A stretch of DNA of 31,317 nt. Origin: a virus. The position numbers and the translations under genes are program-made. Positions 15,403 to 21,402 of the stretch are shown piece after piece. Numbering within the stretch: the first letter of the stretch is position 1; the number at the start of each line of letters is the position of its first letter. The notes below the pieces were generated by a model. The model was given only the letters and a program-made list of their open reading frames with translations, had not been told where the DNA came from and made no database searches. The stretch is taken from the IMG/VR virus record IMGVR_UViG_3300045988_067427, positions 1 to 31,317 of that record; one strand, given 5' to 3'.

Positions 15403-15783
15403 TCAGGACCACCAACCAGAGCGCGTCAGCAGGTCCTCCACCCCCTCGCGATCGAACCTGCCCTCACGCACCAGGTAGCACGCGCGGGCTAGTGCGGCCA
15501 GCGGGTGGGACTTGTGGCTGTAGGCCCACCTCGGGACGCGGGACCAGGCTGCCTTGGCCCCTACGGTGTGGCGCTTGATCATCGTGCCGCAGATGGCGTG
15601 GACAGCTAGCGTGAATGTCCAGGAGGTCAGGGCCACACGTGCCAGGGCGCGCAGGGCAGCCTCGAGTGCAGCGATGTCGTCTGTCTGGATGGCGGACAGG
15701 AGGTCGCCGGCCAGGACACGCTCGTAGCCGGTCTCCCTCGTGGTCGCGTTGATGGTTGCAAGGATCTCTCGTCTCTTGAGCAT
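15403..15783 (-). CDS. 126-aa hypothetical protein encoded by a GC-rich, high-GC3 gene (compositional outlier)
   Basis: This frame has the strong third-position G/C bias. The overlapping frames give Arg/Pro/Gly-rich nonsense. The ATG lies 6 nt after a TGcTAGGAT box. Six consecutive 60-nt lines counted by hand give 58-75% G+C. Confidence 0.7.
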   Translation of the reverse strand: MLKRREILATINATTRETGYERVLAGDLLSAIQTDDIAALEAALRALARVALTSWTFTLAVHAICGTMIKRHTVGAKAAWSRVPRWAYSHKSHPLAALARACYLVREGRFDREGVEDLLTRSGWWS

Positions 15784-15789
15784 GGGCCC

Positions 15790-15819
15790 ATCCTAGCACG
15801 GGACCACACACCAACGCAA
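15790..15819 (-). promoter_or_regulatory. Extended -10 promoter TTGCGT-N18-TGcTAGGAT, leaderless geometry
   Basis: On the - strand the -35 is at 15819-15814 and the -10 at 15795-15790. ATG 15783 starts 6 nt after the -10. The spacer contains one GACCACAC octamer (15802-15809). Confidence 0.55.
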
Positions 15820-15863
15820 CCACGTTAGCCGAAGTTAACCTACCCCCCTCTTGTGGTTCCCTC

Positions 15864-15880
15864 TCCCCCCAAACCCCCCT
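15864..15880. repeat. 17-nt C-rich direct repeat tccccccaaacccccct, copy 1
   Basis: Exact second copy at 15968-15984. Surrounded by further C3-C6 tracts. Confidence 0.85.
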
Positions 15881-15886
15881 CACCTT

Positions 15887-15921
15887 CCCGCGTGCGCGTA
15901 ACACGCGGGCGTAGCGCTACG
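15887..15921. repeat. GC hairpin (cccgcgtg/cacgcggg) followed by 12-nt palindrome cgtagcgctacg
   Basis: 8-bp stem at 15887-15894 / 15902-15909 with a 7-nt loop, then a perfect palindrome at 15910-15921. Confidence 0.7.
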
Positions 15922-15967
15922 CGCACATGACGCGCGCGCGTACGAGGCCGGGGCCCCTTCCCCGCCT

Positions 15968-15984
15968 TCCCCCCAAACCCCCCT
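15968..15984. repeat. 17-nt C-rich direct repeat, copy 2
   Basis: Identical to 15864-15880. Confidence 0.85.
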
Positions 15985-15995
15985 ATCCACCCTAA

Positions 15996-16045
15996 CCCCT
16001 GAGAGTCTCTCTCTGGCGTTTACGCCTGAGAGAGAGACTCTCAGG
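15996..16045. repeat. Hairpin H1: 23-bp stem (one T:T mismatch), loop ttta, apex ggcg-ttta-cgcc
   Basis: cccctgagagtctctctctggcg (15996-16018) pairs with cgcctgagagagagactctcagggg (16023-16045). Confidence 0.85.
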
Positions 16046-16107
16046 GGGAGTTAGTTATTATATATTTCTCTCTTTAGAGGGGGTATGGGGGAGACCTTTC
16101 TCTCTTT
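16046..16107. repeat. AT-rich block with two copies of tttctctcttt
   Basis: gagttagttattatatatttctctcttt, with 11-nt direct repeats at 16065-16075 and 16097-16107. Lies between hairpins H1 and H2. Confidence 0.7.
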
Positions 16108-16130
16108 GCTGGCTCCCTGACCCATCAGCA

Positions 16131-16220
16131 CCCGCCGTGTGAGCCCTCGGTCCAGGGGGCTACCGGGGCCCCCAGGCGTAAACGCCGGGGCCCCGGCCCT
16201 GGACCGAGGGACACGGCGGG
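16131..16220. repeat. Hairpin H2: ~38 bp in four helices, loop taaa, apex ggcg-taaa-cgcc
   Basis: Pairings are 16131-16140/16211-16220, 16144-16157/16197-16210, 16163-16172/16187-16196 and 16175-16178/16183-16186. The apical 14-mer caggcgtaaacgcc is the reverse complement of ggcgtttacgcctg in H1. Confidence 0.85.
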
Positions 16221-16342
16221 CTGGCACACACCGGATGACTGGACTTCAACGTGTCTGGCCGAACTGAGGCGGTGTGTGGTCTATCACTTGGGGCAGTAGA
16301 AGCCAGGATGCCTCTGAGAAGCCGTAGGATGGATTCTGAGGG

Positions 16343-16396
16343 CCTAACAGGGTCAGGGTGGCACTGAGGTACCCCCAGACGATTTGAGGCCGTCTA
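16343..16396. repeat. Copy B of the ~55-nt composite direct repeat
   Basis: cctaacagg (16343-16351), taccccc (16370-16376) and tttgaggccgtcta (16383-16396). Lies 1029 nt from copy A and ~30 nt upstream of the + strand promoter. Confidence 0.7.
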
Positions 16397-16425
16397 AGGC
16401 CGATACGTGCAGCTCTCAGGGGGCG

Positions 16426-16454
16426 TTGCGAGGTGGCAGGGAGTGTGCTAGGTT
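16426..16454 (+). promoter_or_regulatory. Extended -10 promoter TTGCGA-N17-TGcTAGGTT, leaderless geometry
   Basis: -35 at 16426-16431 and -10 at 16449-16454, preceded by TGc. ATG 16461 starts 6 nt after the -10. Confidence 0.55.
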
Positions 16455-16460
16455 GGGGGC

Positions 16461-16748
16461 ATGGAGTTTCCGCGAGAGGTTGTTAAGCGAGTCGTCGAGA
16501 TACCCGGAGGAGGTGAGGCACCTGCGCTGCCCGTCGGGTACAGGCTGGGCAGTGGCGGGATGAACCACGATGAACAAAACAAGACCACACTCCTGAGGTT
16601 TGTGGCTGAAGTGGATGGCTACCCGGTGGAGTCGTATGAGGCTAGGGCAGCCTGGCAGGCCCTTGTGGTGTACGGCTCCCGTGTGGTTCAGCTAAGGTCA
16701 GAGCTAGACCACACACAGCTGGAGGTGTATGTGACAGTGGCATGGTGA
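16461..16748 (+). CDS. 95-aa hypothetical protein, first gene of the + arm
   Basis: ORF that starts at the leaderless position of the promoter above. No motif recognised. Confidence 0.6.
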   Translation: MEFPREVVKRVVEIPGGGEAPALPVGYRLGSGGMNHDEQNKTTLLRFVAEVDGYPVESYEARAAWQALVVYGSRVVQLRSELDHTQLEVYVTVAW

Positions 16749-16877
16749 CACGCCGGGTGACTAGGTGATTTGACACGATAGGGGGGTACCCGCTAAGGTG
16801 TATACCAGGGTAGAAGATATACCCTGGGTACTGGTTTGGAGTACCCCCTGGATTGGAACCCCGGGGGTACTAATTTT

Positions 16878-16919
16878 GAGATACCCTAGGGGGTGCAGGA
16901 ATAGCCCCTAGGGTATCTC
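16878..16919. repeat. 15-bp inverted repeat gagataccctagggg / cccctagggtatctc (12-nt loop)
   Basis: Perfect arms at 16878-16892 and 16905-16919, in the non-coding stretch upstream of the HNH gene. Confidence 0.8.
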
Positions 16920-16923
16920 GCAT

Positions 16924-16970
16924 AGGTACCCCCCTAAGGTACCCCGTAAGGTACCCCCTGGTATACCCCG
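16924..16970. repeat. Tandem 12-13-nt AGGTACCCC(N) units (3 good + 1 degenerate)
   Basis: aggtaccccccta / aggtaccccgta / aggtaccccctg / gtataccccg. The array ends 15 nt before the HNH start codon. Confidence 0.8.
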
Positions 16971-16984
16971 ATAGGACTTATCCC

Positions 16985-17368
16985 ATGCCGTATTCAGCCC
17001 CCGAGCGATGCTGGTGTGGAGAGCTAGGTTTGCCAGGCACAGCGTCGTGCCTGGCCCACACACCGACAAAGTCTGGTTGGGAACTTCGGCCAACTGCTTG
17101 GAAGAATGTTGACGGAAAGACTTATCGTAAATGGAAGAAACTTCGGAACAGATTCATTAAAGAGAATCCTTTCTGTAATTTGTGCGGAATGATTGCAACA
17201 GAAGTTGATCATATTGATGGAATTAAAGCAATTGACAATGAATTAACAATTCTAGACGAAAATCGATTGCAATCATTATGTCATGAATGTCACGCAGCTA
17301 AAACAAGGGAAGCGTCAAGAAAATCACGAAATTCAATTAAAAAGCTGCGCCGGGGTAACTCTCCGTGA
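16985..17368 (+). CDS. HNH endonuclease (packaging-associated type)
   Basis: Motifs CNLCGMIATEVDHIDG...LQSLCHECHAAKT. Located directly upstream of the terminase genes. Confidence 0.9.
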   Translation: MPYSAPERCWCGELGLPGTASCLAHTPTKSGWELRPTAWKNVDGKTYRKWKKLRNRFIKENPFCNLCGMIATEVDHIDGIKAIDNELTILDENRLQSLCHECHAAKTREASRKSRNSIKKLRRGNSP

Positions 17369-17392
17369 AATACAGGTTAGTTGATCGTTAAA

Positions 17393-17407
17393 GTGAACAG
17401 TGTTCAC
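17393..17407. repeat. 15-nt palindrome gtgaacagtgttcac at the HNH/terminase junction
   Basis: Perfect 7-bp arms around a central g. Overlaps the GTG start given in the track for the small terminase. Confidence 0.8.
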
Positions 17408-17804
17408 TGTTTGGGAAGAAGGTGTTATTTTGACCGAAGAAGAGCGTTTTAGTGAGATTCCTCCAGGAATCGCCAATAACGAGGTTCTCCGAGGTGTGTG
17501 GTCCGAACTTGTAGGTATGATGCCCAAGGAAGTCTTGGATAACCTCGACGAGATGGATGGCCTGTTTATCGAGGCTATGTGTCGACATTATGCTATTGCT
17601 CGAAAAGCGTCAAATGAGGTTATTTCAGCTGATAGTGTGCTGGTTACTGATAACCCTAATCATAGGATGCAGAAGCACCCAGCTGAGGTTATTTTCCGGT
17701 CACAATCTCAGGCATTCCTCGCTTATATGAAAGAGGCTGGATGGACGCCTAAAGCAAGGAATTCGGGTAAGAATAAAGACACTGATAACCCATTCCTTAT
17801 GTGA
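17400..17804 (+). CDS. Terminase small subunit (P27-like)
   Basis: Lies between the HNH and the large terminase. ~130 aa and helical, with the pattern LFIEAMCRHYAIARKA typical of P27-family small terminases. The start is uncertain (GTG 17400 or TTG 17430). Confidence 0.7.
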   Translation: MFTVWEEGVILTEEERFSEIPPGIANNEVLRGVWSELVGMMPKEVLDNLDEMDGLFIEAMCRHYAIARKASNEVISADSVLVTDNPNHRMQKHPAEVIFRSQSQAFLAYMKEAGWTPKARNSGKNKDTDNPFLM

Positions 17805-17814
17805 ATAGAATACG

Positions 17815-19488
17815 ATGAATAATGTAATCCCTAATGAGATTAAAGAGTATTTAATCAGTAGGAAGCTGGACATACCTGAAAGAGGACCACACCTAAAATG
17901 CCCTGATCCTGGAGGTGTGGTCCACGGTATGCAAGTACGATTTAACCCGAAGAGCGTAGATCATGCTCTTCGGGTTATTTCTGCATTAAGGCACACTAAG
18001 GGTCGCTGGGCAGGTAAACCTCTTAAGCTAACTAATGTGCAGATAGCCTACATTGTGGCCCCACTGTTTGGCTGGCAAGTCTATGACGATTCTTTAGGGC
18101 GTTGGCTGAGGTTGTATAGGGACGCCTATGTTGAGATGCCCCGTAAAGGAGCTAAGTCAACGCTGGCATCAGCACTAGCTATGGTCCTTGCTTTTGGTGA
18201 TCATGAAGGCGGTGCTGAGGTTATTATCGGTGCGGCGTCTAGAGACCAGGCCGGAGCATGCTTCACACCGCTAAAGCAACTTGTCGACAACTCTCCTCTA
18301 CTTAAGCAAGCTGGCATCAGATCACTGCATAACTCGATCAAGCAGGACAGGACAAGCTCTGTAATCAAGGTCGTGTCTTCTAAAGGTGACCTAGCCCATG
18401 GTGCTAACCTGCACGGAGCTATCTGTGATGAGCTGCACGTGCATAAGTCTCTGTCCCTGCTAGAGGCTATGGAGACGGGTACCGGCGCTCGTGAGCAGCC
18501 TCTGACGATGGTAATCACCACAGCTGATGACGGCAGTGTGGGCACGCCTTATGACCAGCGTAGAGAGCTGGTTGACAACATATGTAAGGGGGTTGTAGAA
18601 GCCCCTAGGTCGTTCTGTGTGGTGTGGTCTGCTTCGCCTGAGGATGACCCCTGGTTAGAAGAGACGTGGGCTAAGGCTAACCCGCTGTACCCCGTAACTC
18701 CGTCACGAGCATTCATGCAGTCTGCTGCTGATAAGGCTAAGACTGACCCTGTGGCTAAGGCCAGCTTCCTGAGACTGCATCTAGGTATCAGGGGCAGGCT
18801 GGATGAGTCGTGGATCAGCAGGGCTGACTGGATGAAGGGGGCTGTGGACAAGCTGGATATCGAGGGCAGACAGTGCTATGGCGGGCTTGACCTTGCAGCT
18901 GTGTCTGATCTCACGGCGCTGGTGTGGTTGTTCCCTGCCGAGGACGGTACATACCAGATTCTCCCACGCTTCTTCTTGCCTGAGGCTGCGCTGCCTGAGC
19001 TTGACAGGGCCACATACCGTAATGCGACGGTGTGGGCTAGCCGAGGACTAATTAAGCTGACTCCGGGTAACGTCACCGATTATGACTTTGTTAAAGCTCA
19101 GATTGATGAGGACGCTAAGCATTACGATATTCAATGCATAGGGTTCGACCCGTGGAATGCCACGCAGGTATCGAATGACCTTCAGGCTGATGGGTATAGG
19201 CTAGAGAAAGTCCGTCAAGGTTTTGTGTCTATGTCTGGGCCTATGAAAGAGATTCAGAGGCTGGTTATGCAGGGGGGTGCTATTAAACATGACGGTAATC
19301 CCCTTATGGTGTGGCAGATAGATAATATTCGCCCTGCTATGGACCCTGCGGGTAATATTAAACCTGCTAAGCAAAAGAAGCGGGATAAAATCGATGGTGT
19401 TGCTGCGCTGGTAACGGCAATGAATGTGTGGCAATTCCACAAAACAAAAGTCTCGGCTTACGGCGTGTCGGGGCTAGAATCTATTTGA
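17815..19488 (+). CDS. Terminase large subunit
   Basis: 557 aa. Walker A-like EMPRKGAKST, a Walker B region (AICDELH) and a C-terminal nuclease-type region. Canonical position. Confidence 0.95.
   Translation: MNNVIPNEIKEYLISRKLDIPERGPHLKCPDPGGVVHGMQVRFNPKSVDHALRVISALRHTKGRWAGKPLKLTNVQIAYIVAPLFGWQVYDDSLGRWLRLYRDAYVEMPRKGAKSTLASALAMVLAFGDHEGGAEVIIGAASRDQAGACFTPLKQLVDNSPLLKQAGIRSLHNSIKQDRTSSVIKVVSSKGDLAHGANLHGAICDELHVHKSLSLLEAMETGTGAREQPLTMVITTADDGSVGTPYDQRRELVDNICKGVVEAPRSFCVVWSASPEDDPWLEETWAKANPLYPVTPSRAFMQSAADKAKTDPVAKASFLRLHLGIRGRLDESWISRADWMKGAVDKLDIEGRQCYGGLDLAAVSDLTALVWLFPAEDGTYQILPRFFLPEAALPELDRATYRNATVWASRGLIKLTPGNVTDYDFVKAQIDEDAKHYDIQCIGFDPWNATQVSNDLQADGYRLEKVRQGFVSMSGPMKEIQRLVMQGGAIKHDGNPLMVWQIDNIRPAMDPAGNIKPAKQKKRDKIDGVAALVTAMNVWQFHKTKVSAYGVSGLESI
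17884..17923. repeat. Convergent pair of the over-represented octamer (GGACCACAC-N22-GTGTGGTCC)
   Basis: 9-bp perfect inverted repeat inside the large terminase gene. Analogous pairs are at 24075-24123 (10-bp arms, N29) and 13447-13491 (7-bp arms, N30). Confidence 0.8.
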
Positions 19489-19530
19489 AATATGTTATAC
19501 TGTTTACAGTATTGAATTGGAGGTGTATTA

Positions 19531-21402
19531 GTGGGTTTCTGGTCTGGTATCTTTAACCGACTTCAGGGCATTACCACGTATGAGCCTCGGCAGTATAAGA
19601 TCGGCCCAACTGAGTTGGTTGATCTTTCCGGTGTTTCAGCCGCTAAGCTATTCAAGACTCAACCACACCTTCGGACTGTGGTTACGTTCCTTGCCAGGAA
19701 TATCGCTCATCTGGGTGTACATTCCTATGTTAAGCAAAGCGATGGGGGCAGGCTGAGGGATACCTCGTCCCCTGTTGGCGGGTTTCTCTCTGGTGCCAAA
19801 GCTAATGAGTCGATGACCTTGTATCAACTGGTCTACGCTCTGGTTGTGGATAAGGCCCTATATGATAGGGCCTACTGGTGGCCAGTAGTGAACCAGAACG
19901 GTAACTGGGAAGTCTACCGCCTGCCTCCGTCGTGGGTCCAGACTAAGTCTGACAATTTCGGTAAGGTCACTCATGAGGTCAGCTTCGAGTCTGACAAGAA
20001 GCTAGTCCTGGATGCTAGTCGTGTGGTCTACTTCGGTGGCTATCACCCAACTGACCCTGGCGGGTGCAGCGCTACGATTGTCAGCCTGAAAGAGGTCCTG
20101 GCTGAGCAGATTCAAGCTAGCAAATACAGGCAGCAGTTGTGGGCTCGCGGTGGCAAAGTGTCGGCTGTGCTTCAGCGCCCTGTGGATGCGCCTCGCTGGA
20201 CTGACGCTCAACGTGAGACCTTCCGAGAAGATTGGTACGAGAAGTACACTGGGTCAGGTAAGCGCGCTGGAGGTACTCCCATCCTTGAGGATGGAATGAC
20301 TCTTAATAGGGTTGATTTCAGTGCTACTGATCAGCAGTACATTGAGGGCGTTAAGCTTGCTTATTCGACTGTAGCTAATGCGTTCCACGTTAACCCTACA
20401 ATGGTTGGTATTCTTGACAATGCCAATTACAGCAATGTCAGGGAATTCCGTAAAATGCTTTATGGGGATACGCTAGGTCCGCTTATTGCGGAAATAGAGT
20501 CTACTCTTAATGCATTCCTTATCCCTATTATGGGTGGGGCTAAAGGCAGCTACATTGAATTCAATGTAGCTGAGAAACTTCAGGCTGATTTCGAGCAGCA
20601 AGCCCAATGGTTCCAGTCAGCTGTGGGCTCGGCTTACATGACCCGTAATGAGGCTAGGGCCCGTCTTAATCTTCCTGCTATTGACGGTGGGGATGACCTG
20701 ATCACGCCACTGAACGTGAGTGTGGACCCTGGAGGCTATAACCAGAACTCAGGCGTGGTCAGGGTTAAGAGTAGGGCGCTACGTGTGGACCGTAAGTCAT
20801 GGGTCAAGAGGTACACGACGGTGCTTGAAGCCCACGCAAGGAAGACCTTGTACAAGTCAGGTCGGTTGAAGGTTAAAGCTTCAGCTGACGAGTCGTTAGC
20901 TGAGGACCTGCTTGACCTTGATCTGGGGCTGACCGGTGAGGTTGGTAGCAAACTGCTCGAAGGGCGTGACGATGACTACGACAAAGGGTCTACTCGGTCG
21001 TACCTGAAGAAGCGTGCTAAGCGAATATCTCAGGGTATCGTTGATAGCCTAGAGGACCTAGAGGACGAGCAGGCTGAGTGGGAAGCGGCTATGGAGGGGG
21101 ATGATCCTCCGGACACTGTCGAGCCTGTTGAACACTGGCTGAAAGAGTCAGCTCTGGGTATGGCGGGGTCTATGGTTACGTGGGCTATGGGTTGGGCCAC
21201 ACAGGAGGCTGGCAGGCAGTCTGGTGCAGCCACCAAGACCTGGCACACGGGACCTAACGCTCGGGACTCACACGCTGCTATGGACGGTGAGCGTGTGGGC
21301 CTGGATGAGGAATTCTCTAACGGCATGAAGTATCCCGGTGATGACGATGACCCTGCTGAGGTAGCTCACTGTAATTGCACGACTAGCATAGATTGGGAGT
21401 AG
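19531..21402 (+). CDS. Portal protein fused to a MuF-like minor head domain
   Basis: GTG start after GGAGGTG. ~400 aa HK97-type portal region, then an acidic linker and a C-terminal MuF signature WHTGPNARDSHAAMDGERV...YPGDDDDPAEVAHCNC. Confidence 0.9.
   Translation: MGFWSGIFNRLQGITTYEPRQYKIGPTELVDLSGVSAAKLFKTQPHLRTVVTFLARNIAHLGVHSYVKQSDGGRLRDTSSPVGGFLSGAKANESMTLYQLVYALVVDKALYDRAYWWPVVNQNGNWEVYRLPPSWVQTKSDNFGKVTHEVSFESDKKLVLDASRVVYFGGYHPTDPGGCSATIVSLKEVLAEQIQASKYRQQLWARGGKVSAVLQRPVDAPRWTDAQRETFREDWYEKYTGSGKRAGGTPILEDGMTLNRVDFSATDQQYIEGVKLAYSTVANAFHVNPTMVGILDNANYSNVREFRKMLYGDTLGPLIAEIESTLNAFLIPIMGGAKGSYIEFNVAEKLQADFEQQAQWFQSAVGSAYMTRNEARARLNLPAIDGGDDLITPLNVSVDPGGYNQNSGVVRVKSRALRVDRKSWVKRYTTVLEAHARKTLYKSGRLKVKASADESLAEDLLDLDLGLTGEVGSKLLEGRDDDYDKGSTRSYLKKRAKRISQGIVDSLEDLEDEQAEWEAAMEGDDPPDTVEPVEHWLKESALGMAGSMVTWAMGWATQEAGRQSGAATKTWHTGPNARDSHAAMDGERVGLDEEFSNGMKYPGDDDDPAEVAHCNCTTSIDWE

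Noticed and set aside
15464-15904. Alternative 146-aa and 60-aa ORFs (15464..15904, 15627..15809) overlapping the GC-rich gene.
   Set aside because: Their Arg/Pro/Gly-rich translations are typical of off-frames in high-GC DNA. The third-position G/C bias and the leaderless promoter geometry both fit frame 15403..15783. The longer ORF would also run through the promoter and the C-tract repeat.
15887-16220. The hairpins as tRNA/tmRNA genes or as terminators of flanking genes.
   Set aside because: No cloverleaf can be drawn; these are long uninterrupted stems without acceptor or anticodon architecture. They lie upstream of both divergent promoters, so no annotated transcript runs into them.
15314-16396. 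The GC-rich island as an MPME-like or IS-type transposable element. The 126-aa ORF is similar in size to MPME ORFs.
   Set aside because: The flanks are direct, not inverted, repeats. No target-site duplication or transposase motif (DDE, HUH, Ser/Tyr recombinase) was seen. It is kept only as a possible recombination-derived cassette.
16769-16799. TTGACA-N19-TAAGGT as the late promoter.
   Set aside because: The -35 is perfect, but the 19-nt spacer is long and the -10 lacks the TGn extension shared by the other five promoters. It is mentioned only as a weak candidate.
16924-16970. The tandem AGGTACCCC units as a CRISPR array.
   Set aside because: The units are only 12-13 nt and directly abutting with no spacers. 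There are no cas genes and only three or four copies.
16908-17093. 61-aa - strand ORF across the repeat field and the HNH start.
   Set aside because: It runs through tandem repeats and overlaps the well-supported HNH gene in antisense, with no start signals.
20778-20791. 14-nt identical string gctacgtgtggacc in the portal gene and again at 25937-25950.
   Set aside because: One or two such chance matches are expected in 31 kb. It is better viewed as two members of the GTGTGG(A/T)C motif family than as a separate repeat.
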